Virus record (IMG/VR): IMGVR_UViG_3300027896_005002
Span: 352,030 to 416,029 of that record
Direction: 5' to 3' (one strand)
DNA length: 64,000 nucleotides
Part shown: one piece after another, positions 30,022 through 40,360 of the stretch
Layout of the letters: each line of letters starts with the position of its first letter
Numbering within the stretch: position 1 is the first letter of the stretch
Made by a program: the position numbers and the translations under genes
The notes under the pieces: generated by a model
What the model was told of the DNA's origin: nothing
The model's input: only the letters and a program-made list of their open reading frames with translations
Database searches by the model: none

Positions 30022-31965
30022 TTAAAATGTTGCGCTCACAGTTTTAGAGCCCATTAGTGGAAGTCCCGTCAAATAATCTAAATGGCTAGGAGGGCCGCTA
30101 CCAGGCAATCCTGTGACAACACCGTTTTGAACAGCAGTACCTCCTATTTTTACTAATGGTGCTTTAACATTCACAGTTGTTGCGCTTACTATATCAACCC
30201 CTAATAATCCATTAACTGTTACTTTTTGAGTGCTTGCATTTACATCAACAGTTCCAGATAAAGTTTTTATTGAAATATTTCCAGCTGTGACACTAACTGT
30301 AAAATTTCCAAGAACTATTGATATTGTTTTGTCGCCTAATAATAATGTTTCTTTACTACTACCGGCAATTAATTTTACGTCTTTACTTCCTAAAGTCAGT
30401 AATTCTTTTTTATCACCTAATAAAATATTCTCAGTATCACCTTTAGTTGCTATATCTCTAACTACACCTTCACCATATTTTTCTTGTTTTTTACCAACAA
30501 CAATTTCTTGATAATCACCACCATAATTTGTCATTTTGTCATTAACATAATTTTCAACCTTAGCACCTAAAATATTTTCTTGTATCTTACCTTTAACAGT
30601 TAAAGTATATGACCCATCAACATCTACAGTTTTATTTCCTCTAACTTTTTCATACATATTTCCCGTATAATCAGAATATGCTGCATATCCATCAATATCA
30701 GGTCCATTAACTATAATTCTTAATGACCGATCTAATGTCCATTCACAACTTCTCAATGTTTGAGAATCTGATCCGTAATGTATCAATACTTTACCCTTTG
30801 TGTCAAGCTCAATTGATTTTTCACCAACATTTGTTTTACCTATAGACATTCGAATACTACCATCAGATGCAAATTCTAATGACCGACCAGCACCTAATGG
30901 ATGCACTGAAGATGAAGCAGCAAGATATACAAATGCATGACCTTCTTTGTCAACATCAAATTTTGAGCCACTACCAAATTTTAACTGATAAGCAGATGCA
31001 AGATTATACAATTCATTTGGTTTACAAAGTATATCTGCAATAGCTATAGAATTATCTGCAGATGGAAAAATTTGAGGTCTTAATACTTTACCGTAGCGTT
31101 CAATATCTGATCGTTGATTACCTACTAAAGTACCAAGAATTTGACTGACCAATAATCGACCTTTTGATGTGTCTTCAGCAAAATCATCTATATCGTATTT
31201 TTCAATTATATCAAGAGCAGCATTTGCTATTTCTTTTACTTCAGTTCGTACTTCCGTAAATGCTTTACCATTTGCATCAACTACCTGTCCATCAGTAACT
31301 ACATATAATAATTGACCGTTTTCTAATATTATTGGTTCTATTGTCGGTGCATTTGGTCTAATAACTAATCCATTTAAAATTCTTGCACCACCTGTATAAA
31401 TATGATTGTTTGTCGAATTACTATAAATGGTTTTATCTATGCTCGAAATGAGTATTTCATTAAGTTTTGAATCAGATAATAAAATATTTTCATCAAGATA
31501 AACTTCAGAACCATGAGTAGACTCAAGACCAACATCGCCAGGATATTGTTTTCTTTTCTTTAATCTTTTGATGTTGTATCCAATTTTATCATGAACATCA
31601 TTTATAGATAGAACATCATCAGTAGCTTTACCTTGAGTATAGATGTAATTTAATGCTCTAAAGTATTCAGCATCTATATAACTTAATATTATTGGATGTC
31701 CAATTTTGTTTGTGAATTTTATGAATCCGCAAATAACAATTGATCCAACTTCAGGCATTCCACCAATAAATGCTCTACCTGTAAAAAATGGGTTTGTAAC
31801 AGGAACATTTTTGGAAAGAATAGGATTTGAACTAAATTGAATGTCAACTACATTTCTTTCATTGTCAACGCGCACAATTCTACCAATTTGTAAAAACTTA
31901 TAGAAGTCTACAAATTGTTTTAAAGATGGATCATCACCTTTTTGTACGTATGCTTTCTTTGGCAT
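30022..31965 (-). CDS. Baseplate central spike (gp5/VgrG/gpV-like)
   Basis: N-terminal OB-fold GRIVRVD...GGMPEVGSIVICGF and C-terminal beta-helix repeats (VRGNKTVDVDGSYTLTVKG); follows the hub gene. Confidence 0.8.
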   Translation of the reverse strand: MPKKAYVQKGDDPSLKQFVDFYKFLQIGRIVRVDNERNVVDIQFSSNPILSKNVPVTNPFFTGRAFIGGMPEVGSIVICGFIKFTNKIGHPIILSYIDAEYFRALNYIYTQGKATDDVLSINDVHDKIGYNIKRLKKRKQYPGDVGLESTHGSEVYLDENILLSDSKLNEILISSIDKTIYSNSTNNHIYTGGARILNGLVIRPNAPTIEPIILENGQLLYVVTDGQVVDANGKAFTEVRTEVKEIANAALDIIEKYDIDDFAEDTSKGRLLVSQILGTLVGNQRSDIERYGKVLRPQIFPSADNSIAIADILCKPNELYNLASAYQLKFGSGSKFDVDKEGHAFVYLAASSSVHPLGAGRSLEFASDGSIRMSIGKTNVGEKSIELDTKGKVLIHYGSDSQTLRSCEWTLDRSLRIIVNGPDIDGYAAYSDYTGNMYEKVRGNKTVDVDGSYTLTVKGKIQENILGAKVENYVNDKMTNYGGDYQEIVVGKKQEKYGEGVVRDIATKGDTENILLGDKKELLTLGSKDVKLIAGSSKETLLLGDKTISIVLGNFTVSVTAGNISIKTLSGTVDVNASTQKVTVNGLLGVDIVSATTVNVKAPLVKIGGTAVQNGVVTGLPGSGPPSHLDYLTGLPLMGSKTVSATF

Positions 31966-31972
31966 ATATCCT

Positions 31973-34105
31973 CTATGTTTTTGGCGCCATAGTTAATGGA
32001 ATGATAGATTTTGCTGTTTGTGATTTGACTTGAACATTTGTTATTTGATCTAATGTTAATGGCTGTTGAAAACTTAATGTTGGTCTTTCGCCAGCTTTAG
32101 TTGATATCGTCATTGATGAAATTATAGCTGCTTTTTCATTACTTTCTTGACCTTTAGGCACAATTTTTAAATCTTCAGTCAAAACTAATCCTCGTCCAAA
32201 AGGAAATCCATTTCCTAATAAACTATATCCTTCATTATCTGTAACCTGTTGAAATTGTCTGGGATCATATTGTGATTGTTGTGTTTTAAAATATTTAAAT
32301 GACCCTTGAAATTGTAAAATGTCATCAAGCGTTTTATAATGATAATTTGGTCGTTCAGCTACAAATTGTAAATAAGCTTGTGAATCACATAATTTTGTAA
32401 TATTCTTAAGTAAATTATCTTCATTAAAATCGACATTTTTTCCTGCAACATTTGGCTGTACAGTACCGGCACCTTCACATTGTGTAAGTAGTTGCTTAAT
32501 TGGATTGCCGTCTGGATCCAAAATTTTCTTTCTTCTAGCTGTTAAAGTTAAAGTCGTGTCAAAAGATGATCCAAAAGAAAACGAATGATCAATTCCTGTT
32601 ACATAATAAAATTCATCTTTACTAGTTATATATACCGGATAACCTAGTTTAATTTCAGGTCGACCAACAATTGTTATAGAACCATTTACTATTAAACTAT
32701 TTCTTCTTGCAAGTTCTCTTTGAGCATACAACATTGCATCCTGAGGACTTGTTAAAAAATTTGTTTGTGCTTCTTCAATACGTAATCCATATTTTTGTAA
32801 TTTATCAAAATCAATAGCATATCCATAAGATGAATTCACATCTTTACCATATAAATATCCATTTACAGGCGTTCCACATACATCAATTCTAGTAATAACC
32901 TGACTTTCATCTTCAGTTGAACTCATACTGACAATATCAATATCATTAATAACATATACGGGATTTTTTCTAGTGTCCATATTGTAAAATTGCGGTTTTA
33001 ATACAATAGTGCCGTCAACATCTTGATAAAATTCAAGGTGCGCCTGGTCTTTTGCTTCATTGGCTACATCTAATCTATTTTGAAAATTTGATTCAAAAAC
33101 TGGAGGTTCTGCCGAATTAAAAGGTGCTGCACCAAATGAAAACATTTTTGAAATATCCATCCACGGTAAATCTTTACTTACAGGAGGTATTGCTGGATCT
33201 TCATTCGTTATTGTTACTGGTCTTGATCCATAAATATATTTATATGCATCCATGTCTAAAACAAGGTCACTTACTCCAGTATATTGATTTGCATTTTTAT
33301 CAATGTCCTTATAACCGTAAACATAAAAAGCACCAGCTAAATCTTTAAACTTTTCTTGCCATGCTTTCATTAATTGATCAGAATATTTTCTATTACTATC
33401 AATAGTTATGTTAACAGTCTGTCCATTTGCCAAAACACTACCTGATCTATTATCTAAATTTTGAGGCAATAAAAAGTTTTCACCAGTTGTAAAATTCAAT
33501 AAATCTCTAATAACACCAGGAGTACTTAATTGAACATAATATGATCCATAAGGATGAGCTGTGTCTTTACTTAGTTCTTTTTGACTAACCTGAGCCGTTG
33601 GATCTGTCACCATAGCTGTTGTATACACAGAAGCATTAACATTAACTTTAGTAATTGCTAACCATCTCATCATATCTTGACATGTAACAGTGACTGATAG
33701 TAAATCACCTGCAACTTGTACTTCTGATAAATTGCTTATAACACCCCAAAATACTGGATAATAAGGATATTCACCATTAAGAACAAATCTACCCTTCATA
33801 TAAACTTGAATTTCCATCATTGTAGATAATATATTTTTAATACTGCCATAAACACCATCCATCATATGTTTTGGTGCTTTAACATTTATAGTTGCTTCAC
33901 CTGGTACTCTATCTATACCTTTAGAAACTGTTATACTTTCTACAAAATTCATAAAATCAACTTCAATATTATTACCTGAACCATCTTTCATTGTAATTGT
34001 TCGCTTCAAATTATTATTGTTCTGACTACCGCTATCAATGAATATTATGGCATCAGGTGCAACTGCATCAACTATTGGTTGTTTATAAAAATTATTTCCA
34101 GTCAT
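31973..34105 (-). CDS. Baseplate hub protein (T4 gp27/Mu gp44-like)
   Basis: ESITVSKG...ATI, VFWGVISN, EFYQDVDGTIVLKP and GSITIVGRPEIKLGYPV...YYVTGIDHSFSFG.SFDTTLTL motifs. Confidence 0.8.
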   Translation of the reverse strand: MTGNNFYKQPIVDAVAPDAIIFIDSGSQNNNNLKRTITMKDGSGNNIEVDFMNFVESITVSKGIDRVPGEATINVKAPKHMMDGVYGSIKNILSTMMEIQVYMKGRFVLNGEYPYYPVFWGVISNLSEVQVAGDLLSVTVTCQDMMRWLAITKVNVNASVYTTAMVTDPTAQVSQKELSKDTAHPYGSYYVQLSTPGVIRDLLNFTTGENFLLPQNLDNRSGSVLANGQTVNITIDSNRKYSDQLMKAWQEKFKDLAGAFYVYGYKDIDKNANQYTGVSDLVLDMDAYKYIYGSRPVTITNEDPAIPPVSKDLPWMDISKMFSFGAAPFNSAEPPVFESNFQNRLDVANEAKDQAHLEFYQDVDGTIVLKPQFYNMDTRKNPVYVINDIDIVSMSSTEDESQVITRIDVCGTPVNGYLYGKDVNSSYGYAIDFDKLQKYGLRIEEAQTNFLTSPQDAMLYAQRELARRNSLIVNGSITIVGRPEIKLGYPVYITSKDEFYYVTGIDHSFSFGSSFDTTLTLTARRKKILDPDGNPIKQLLTQCEGAGTVQPNVAGKNVDFNEDNLLKNITKLCDSQAYLQFVAERPNYHYKTLDDILQFQGSFKYFKTQQSQYDPRQFQQVTDNEGYSLLGNGFPFGRGLVLTEDLKIVPKGQESNEKAAIISSMTISTKAGERPTLSFQQPLTLDQITNVQVKSQTAKSIIPLTMAPKT

Positions 34106-34656
34106 TATACATTCCTAACATCGAAAGTTTCAGTAATCATGAATTGAAAATCAAATTCAAAATTAAATGGTTTTTGATCAGTTTCATTTATTGTCATAGA
34201 TTCAAATGATCCTCTATAAATAACATCATCGTATGCAATAATTACTCTACCGACTGATTTTATTAATCCACCACCACCTGTAAGTAGTGGACTTGAATTT
34301 GTTACTCGTCTATTATAATTTCTACCATTATTACGATAAATTTCAATAAGACTTTTTAAATTTCTGTAACCTAATGTATCCTTTCTACCATCTGTAGTCA
34401 ATCCATTTGTACCATAAAACATTGCGGATTTTCCTGAACAATTCATAACATCAAGTTCATCATAATCAAAGTTAAAAACATATGATGCACTATTTCTAGT
34501 TGCTGGTCTGTTTCTAGCTTGTGTTACTTTTTTTACAAATGTTTTATTAAATTCTTCAGGATTTATTGCAAGTACTAATGTAGGCGGCGGTTCATCAATG
34601 TCCAATTCAAAAAACATCGGTTTTGAAGCTAGTTTGCATCCTAAAATATTAACCAT
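34105..34656 (-). CDS. Tail tube initiator-like protein (paralogue 2)
   Basis: Tube-like fold signature INP...G.....YRG.F.S..I.E...KPF...F.F; located after the tape measure gene. Confidence 0.65.
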   Translation of the reverse strand: MVNILGCKLASKPMFFELDIDEPPPTLVLAINPEEFNKTFVKKVTQARNRPATRNSASYVFNFDYDELDVMNCSGKSAMFYGTNGLTTDGRKDTLGYRNLKSLIEIYRNNGRNYNRRVTNSSPLLTGGGGLIKSVGRVIIAYDDVIYRGSFESMTINETDQKPFNFEFDFQFMITETFDVRNV

Positions 34657-35377
34657 TTGTTTGTCCTGTTGGTATGTTGACTATATCAAGAGTTGATCTA
34701 TCATTTCTAATAGCACCTGGTGTTGGAACAGTTGTAACATTAGTAAATGATAAAACTCTACCGGGATAAACTTCTTTTGTTACTTTGAATGTAAAATCAT
34801 ATTCAAGTTGATATGGTTTTTCTGCAATTTCATTAAGATTAAAACTATCAAAATATCCTCTATACACGGCATCGTCATAATTCATTACTACATAGCCTTG
34901 AGCAAGTATACGATTAGTTTTAGAATCATACAATGTTCCATTATTTCTATAAATCTGTACAAATTGTTCAAACGATTTAAAATTATCTGTGTCTCTACGA
35001 CCATCACTTGTTAATCCTAATTGACCGTAAAAACTTGCAGATTGTCCAGATGCTGATAATGAATCTAATTGTTCACCCCAATGTTCTTCAACAAAACCAG
35101 CCCAAGTTCTTTTATGATTAATTAATTGACTGTATTGTTCAGATAAATTATGTGGATTAATTTTCATTGTCAAATCTGGTAATGTATAACTACTTGGTAA
35201 TCCACCAATTTGCCAAATAATTAATTTTTTATTTCTAACTGTACCTTGTCTTACTTGACTAGGAATAGGAATACCTGAATATTGATCAAGATTCCTATTA
35301 AGTCTGATATCAGTTTCACTAATAGTATTTATCGTGTTTTGTAATCCAAAAATTGCATCACTTGTACTTATACCCAT
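34649..35377 (-). CDS. Tail tube initiator-like protein (paralogue 1)
   Basis: Aligns to the neighbour: GLTSDGRRDT/GLTTDGRKDT, IYRNNG in both, YDDAVYRGYF/YDDVIYRGSF. Confidence 0.65.
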   Translation of the reverse strand: MGISTSDAIFGLQNTINTISETDIRLNRNLDQYSGIPIPSQVRQGTVRNKKLIIWQIGGLPSSYTLPDLTMKINPHNLSEQYSQLINHKRTWAGFVEEHWGEQLDSLSASGQSASFYGQLGLTSDGRRDTDNFKSFEQFVQIYRNNGTLYDSKTNRILAQGYVVMNYDDAVYRGYFDSFNLNEIAEKPYQLEYDFTFKVTKEVYPGRVLSFTNVTTVPTPGAIRNDRSTLDIVNIPTGQTNG

Positions 35378-38034
35378 TAAGCACCTACCGTTTTCTCATC
35401 ATACAAAACTCTATAGATTATTTGCTCAATTTCTTGTCTGTCGCGCTGATTAATATTAAGTGTAATATGATTTGTTATTGCTGGCCTTGTATCTACAGCC
35501 TTGGCAACACCACCGCCTCCTTTAAGCATAGACATTAATGTATTTAAATTATTAATGCCAGCTTTTTGTGTTGCATCTTTATCAAAAACATACTCATTTT
35601 TATGAACTGCACCTGCAATATCATTATCAGATCCTGTACCAGTATATCCACCACGTGCATAACCTGCACCTTTTACTACTGGTGTATTTGGACGAGCAGC
35701 AGCAGCCATTCCCTCTGATGCAGCTAATTCTCGACCAGTCATTGTACTTCTATTAACTTCTATTGTTTTAATATCGACAGGCTTTTGCTTCTTTTCAAGT
35801 CCAAAAAATTTTGTAAGATTTTCAATTGCTTCAGCAGCAGATGCTAATAAAGGACCCATTGTGTTTGTCAACCAATCATAAATTTGTTCTATTACTTGCC
35901 AAATTTTTTCTTGTATAGATGTTAATGCAGCTCTTGTACCCATTTCAATTATATGAGCTTGTTCTTTTTCCTTTTTTCTTAATTCCTTAGCTTGTTCTGC
36001 ACCAATTTGTGTTCCAATACCTTCAAATTTTTTACCACTTTTAGAAAATTGCTCTATTAATCGTAATACTCCAGGTGATATTCCTATTGTTGGCATCAAT
36101 TTATTAAGTTCAAATCTATGTGATTCAATTGCTTCTCCAAGTTTATCAGGAATAATTTTGCCAAATTTATCTATAGTTCCACTTAAAAGACCACCGCTTG
36201 CTTTAATCATTGCTTTAACTTGTGCTTCAATTCGCGGTCCCACATCCATTTTCTCAAATTCATTTAATAATGTAGATGCAGATTTTCCAATAGCACCATT
36301 TGTACTCAATTGCATAACTAAAACTTTTTGAGTATCAGTCATTGTGTTAACACTATTTAACATTTCAGTTGCAAGTTGTTCAGCTTGTTTTTGCGGCATC
36401 TTAAGACCCTTTGTCAAGTCTCTAAATGAAGCAGAAACTTGAGTTATATCATTGCCATATATAGCTAAACCTTGAGCAGCATTCATGACATTTGAATAAA
36501 ATCTTGATGTTGTTATGCCTGCTTCTTTAGCATCATTTTTCATTATAACAAAAGTATCAGTAATTTGTTGACCCGTTTTCTTAAATTCATTTCTAAGATC
36601 ACCAGCTTCAGATGCAACCTCTTCAAAAGATTGACCGGTTATTGTACCAATTTGTTCAATATCTGCCATAAATTCTTTAAAATTATGTCTTGCAGTTTTT
36701 TGTGTAATATCAAGTGCAAAACCAGCTTTAGTTAATGCTTCAACATTTTTTACTGCATCTTCATATGTCATTCCAACTTCATTATAAAGACCTCTTAATG
36801 ATTCTCTAAATGCATTAGCTTGACCAACTGCACCTTTATCAATTGCATCTCCCAATTTGCCAAATCCTATAGACCCTGATGCTGCTAATTTTAAAATATT
36901 CTTCTGTGCAGTTTTAATCTCTTTATTAAAATTCAACAACATCATAATAGCAGTTGCAATTCCACCCAATGCCATTAATGGTCCCGCAAGCTTTCCTGCT
37001 ACAGTCATTAATTCACCACCCACATATCCTGCAGCTCCTGCTCCTGGACCACCACCAGCAACAACACCAGCTGCAACTCCTCTACCAGCGCTTTTAACAG
37101 CTTGTCGTTTTTCTTCCTTCAATATTTTTTTACGTTCAAAAAATCCAATACCTTGTTGTTTAAGTAATAATCCATGTAACTTTATTTCATTAAGTTGATC
37201 TTTTAGATCTTCTTTCTTCATCTTTCTAGTTTTCTTGTATAAATCAAATTGCTTTTTCTCAAATTTTGATTGCTTTTCATTAAGCGGTAGCATCTGCTTT
37301 GCTCGTTTTAATCTCTCTTTTTCAGTTAATTCTGGATGAGTTTTTTGCATTTCTTCAGCTAATTTTTCTTGCATTGCTTTGCGCTGTTTTATAATATCAT
37401 TCATCTCAGTATTTAATTCATTTAATCTATCACTAGATCTTTCCTCTTCTTGTGAAACATCCAAAGCAGACTTATCCAGATCTTTTATATCACTTTTAAT
37501 TTTTAATTTACTTTTATTTAATTGTGATAATTTATCCTCTAATTCATTACTGCGTTTTTTCAATTTATTTTCATTTTCAATATCAGTTGTTAATTTCTTA
37601 TTTAAAACACCTTCTAATTTTTTAATTTTTAATGCATCTTCATCAGAATCTGTCCCATTTTCTTTAAGCTCCTGTATCTTCTGTTGAATCTTAATTAATT
37701 CATCTTCTGTTGCTTTTCTAGTTTCTATAGCTTTATTAGTATCAACTTCCAACATTTTATTTTCAATATTCAATTTTTTAATCTGATCTACAACCAACTT
37801 ATGTTTACCTTTGGTTTTAGTAATATTGTCAGCAATGGCACTCTGCTTATCTAATATAGTCGAATGTTCTTTCTGTAATTTCAATAAATCTTTTTGAGTT
37901 TTCATCCATTTTGGATCAATCTCTACAGAACGTAACCCTTCAGTTATTTGTTTACTCAATTCCTGCATTTTTTGTTTGTCAATTTTACCAAAATTGACAT
38001 CAACAGTCATTGATGCATCACTGTTCCGTGCCAT
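35377..38034 (-). CDS. Tape measure protein
   Basis: Long coiled coil, a hydrophobic Gly/Ala stretch and the C-terminal GYARGGYTG....AGAVHKNEYV motif; canonical position after chaperones. Confidence 0.85.
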   Translation of the reverse strand: MARNSDASMTVDVNFGKIDKQKMQELSKQITEGLRSVEIDPKWMKTQKDLLKLQKEHSTILDKQSAIADNITKTKGKHKLVVDQIKKLNIENKMLEVDTNKAIETRKATEDELIKIQQKIQELKENGTDSDEDALKIKKLEGVLNKKLTTDIENENKLKKRSNELEDKLSQLNKSKLKIKSDIKDLDKSALDVSQEEERSSDRLNELNTEMNDIIKQRKAMQEKLAEEMQKTHPELTEKERLKRAKQMLPLNEKQSKFEKKQFDLYKKTRKMKKEDLKDQLNEIKLHGLLLKQQGIGFFERKKILKEEKRQAVKSAGRGVAAGVVAGGGPGAGAAGYVGGELMTVAGKLAGPLMALGGIATAIMMLLNFNKEIKTAQKNILKLAASGSIGFGKLGDAIDKGAVGQANAFRESLRGLYNEVGMTYEDAVKNVEALTKAGFALDITQKTARHNFKEFMADIEQIGTITGQSFEEVASEAGDLRNEFKKTGQQITDTFVIMKNDAKEAGITTSRFYSNVMNAAQGLAIYGNDITQVSASFRDLTKGLKMPQKQAEQLATEMLNSVNTMTDTQKVLVMQLSTNGAIGKSASTLLNEFEKMDVGPRIEAQVKAMIKASGGLLSGTIDKFGKIIPDKLGEAIESHRFELNKLMPTIGISPGVLRLIEQFSKSGKKFEGIGTQIGAEQAKELRKKEKEQAHIIEMGTRAALTSIQEKIWQVIEQIYDWLTNTMGPLLASAAEAIENLTKFFGLEKKQKPVDIKTIEVNRSTMTGRELAASEGMAAAARPNTPVVKGAGYARGGYTGTGSDNDIAGAVHKNEYVFDKDATQKAGINNLNTLMSMLKGGGGVAKAVDTRPAITNHITLNINQRDRQEIEQIIYRVLYDEKTVGA

Positions 38035-38431
38035 CTACAATCTCCGTTTGTTCAGTTCCTAATTTTTTGTCAATACTACTTTTAATCTTACCATCTAAGA
38101 TACAATATTCATTAAATAGCATTTCTACTAATTCATCACCAAAAGATAAAACAATTTGCCTCTTATCGTCAACAAATGATTTCGGATCTAATTTTACATC
38201 ATTTATAGCAATAATAGATCTTGCTATTGTTTCAACTTTTAATGTATGAGTAGCAGCATCAGCATCATTATATTTTGCACAACTTTCAAAAACATCTATT
38301 GTTTCTTGTGAGGTTAATGGTGCCAGTAATATTTTTACTTTGGCTATTTCTACTTGTCTTTCACTATAACCAAAAGATTCTAATGACTTTAATGCAGTTA
38401 ATGCATCTACAACTTTTTTAATTTGATTCAT
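38018..38431 (-). CDS. Tail assembly chaperone-like protein (paralogue 3)
   Basis: Likely start is the ATG at 38431 (SD AAGGA); LAPLTSQE...KVETIARSIIAIND motif. Confidence 0.65.
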   Translation of the reverse strand: MNQIKKVVDALTALKSLESFGYSERQVEIAKVKILLAPLTSQETIDVFESCAKYNDADAATHTLKVETIARSIIAINDVKLDPKSFVDDKRQIVLSFGDELVEMLFNEYCILDGKIKSSIDKKLGTEQTEIVDGTEQ

Positions 38432-38888
38432 TTGAATTTTCCTTTTTTTGTTCTTCTTTTTTAATCTGTTCTTCTTTTTTAATTTGATCTTCTTTATATC
38501 CAACAACATTTGTTTCTGCAGTCAATTTTATTTTTTCAAAATATTCATCAATATCACCAACCAATTTTGCATATTCTCTATACACATAATCAACCAATGT
38601 TTGTTGCCACTGTCCTATAACTGATTTTTTAATATTTATATCAATAGTTTCAGTCGACATTCCATTAATTTGCGTTATTGATCTACTTAATGTTTCAATC
38701 TTATGTTTATAGACAAATGCCTGTCCCCACGTATTCATACATTCAATAAAAGTAGCAGTTTCATCTTCTGCACCTAATGACTTTATTACTACTTCAAACT
38801 CATCACCAATTGTTACAGTTGCAGTCCGTTTTTCCAGTTCAGCTACAGCATTTAATGCATCTAAAGCACTATCAAACTTTTTTACCAT
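38418..38888 (-). CDS. Tail assembly chaperone-like protein (paralogue 2)
   Basis: Likely start is the ATG at 38888 (SD GGAGG); IKSLGAEDE...KIETLSRSITQING motif. Confidence 0.65.
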   Translation of the reverse strand: MVKKFDSALDALNAVAELEKRTATVTIGDEFEVVIKSLGAEDETATFIECMNTWGQAFVYKHKIETLSRSITQINGMSTETIDINIKKSVIGQWQQTLVDYVYREYAKLVGDIDEYFEKIKLTAETNVVGYKEDQIKKEEQIKKEEQKKENSNESN

Positions 38889-40251
38889 GATTAACCTCCA
38901 TATGAATTTCATCTAAATTTTGTTGTTTAATTTGTGATATCATATTCTCTTGTTCATTCTCAAATTTATTTTTTGCAGATTTATTTGTTAAAATACTATC
39001 CCTCATATTAAGCACTCGTTCTTTACTATCAGTAATCTTAGGATTTTTAAGTGATTCTATTATTTTCATTACCTCAGTTTTTTGATCTTCTTCCTCTTTA
39101 ATATATTGTTCAATAAAATTAGTTGTAGTTTCATCACTCTCATTTGCAACTTCATTTAATATACTATCTTTATTTTTCAACATTGAAAATGATGTTATAG
39201 TTACAATGTCTGAGTAATCTACTCCATTAATGAAATACTTATTTGATTTCATTTCTTCTTTAATATTTTCTGCAACTACATCATCACCTAATGTAGATAC
39301 CTGAATAAATCCAACGTTAATTCCTTTTGGCGCCTCTGGTAAATTAATAACTATTGCGTTAGATAATTTTTTCTCATGTAATATTTTTGCTCGACGTACA
39401 TTTTCTTTTTTGATTCTAAGTTCTTTATAGAATTGATATTCTTCATGTTCTCGAACTATTCTGTCATGTTCATCTTCAACAAACGCCTTTGTTAATATTT
39501 GTTGTACTCTACTATTTCGATCAAGAATAGATTCATCAGGTCTTTTCACTAAAGCATCAAATAATTCATCTGCTGTATTTTCTATCATAATTTTTCCATT
39601 TTCATTTTTTTGAATTTCTGCGCGCTCTTCACGTTCTAACTGTTCTTCCTGTAAAATTCTTTTCTTATTTTGAATTTGTTGCATTGCTTTTGGATTAACA
39701 AATGCACAAATACTATCTGTCATATATTCAACTCTAGCCCAATCAATTTTATTCTGATTTAATAAATCTTCTTGTTGATTTAAATAAATCCAAATTTGTT
39801 GAATATATGATATTCCTTTTGACTCAAATTCAGGATTACCAGTTATTACTGCACTATTAAGGGATGATTTAGTAGCTTTTAATACTGACCAATATAATCT
39901 TGAATCATCAGTTTTAACGAAATCATTGATAAGTTTGATTGCATTATGATAACGATTCATTAATTTCAAATATTGTTCAAAAACTTTTATAATTACTTGT
40001 TTTGGCCAGTCTTTTATTTTCTCTCTACAATCATTTATCTTACAACCATTAATTGAGTAGATCGATCTTTGAACGGTATCCATCGCTGCAAGTAAATTGT
40101 AATCATTATGTAAATCTTTATATGTTTCGACAATAAAAGATTCTTCAGATGCACACAGCGTTCTAATAACAATAATAAAATCATTACCGAACGTTAATGT
40201 CTCTTTTAAATAACCATCAAAAATTAACGCTTTAATATCATTAAATTTCAT
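38872..40251 (-). CDS. Chaperone-like N-terminal domain plus long helical extension (paralogue 1)
   Basis: IRTLCASEE...MDTVQRSIYSING motif. Start is uncertain; the track's 40320 ATG lies inside the K-turn hairpin. Confidence 0.55.
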   Translation of the reverse strand: MKFNDIKALIFDGYLKETLTFGNDFIIVIRTLCASEESFIVETYKDLHNDYNLLAAMDTVQRSIYSINGCKINDCREKIKDWPKQVIIKVFEQYLKLMNRYHNAIKLINDFVKTDDSRLYWSVLKATKSSLNSAVITGNPEFESKGISYIQQIWIYLNQQEDLLNQNKIDWARVEYMTDSICAFVNPKAMQQIQNKKRILQEEQLEREERAEIQKNENGKIMIENTADELFDALVKRPDESILDRNSRVQQILTKAFVEDEHDRIVREHEEYQFYKELRIKKENVRRAKILHEKKLSNAIVINLPEAPKGINVGFIQVSTLGDDVVAENIKEEMKSNKYFINGVDYSDIVTITSFSMLKNKDSILNEVANESDETTTNFIEQYIKEEEDQKTEVMKIIESLKNPKITDSKERVLNMRDSILTNKSAKNKFENEQENMISQIKQQNLDEIHMEVNHGKKV

Positions 40252-40271
40252 AGAATTTAAACCAACAAATT

Positions 40272-40286
40272 TTGTGAATGTAATTA
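40272..40286. repeat. 15-bp inverted-repeat arm (partner at 44249-44263)
   Basis: ttgtgaatgtaatta is the exact reverse complement of taattacattcacaa at 44249-44263. Confidence 0.8.
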
Positions 40287-40304
40287 GAGAAAAGAGAGGA
40301 ATTG

Positions 40305-40340
40305 AGGGCATTCTCCTCATTTAGAGTCAATGAATGCCCT
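40305..40340 (-). promoter_or_regulatory. Kink-turn hairpin, copy 2
   Basis: Minus-strand RNA: AGGGCAUUC-AUU-GA-CUC-UAAAU-GAG-GA-GAAUGCCCU, followed by a pyrimidine tract; 20 nt after the tube stop codon. Confidence 0.7.
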
Positions 40341-40360
40341 TGGAGGTTTCAAATATAAAT

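Noticed and set aside
38452-38458. A AAA AAG slippery heptamer as the tail-chaperone -1 frameshift
   Set aside because: The -1 frame reaches TGA within a few codons (GGA AAA TTC AAA TGA). The next ORF is in the +1 frame and has its own SD and ATG.
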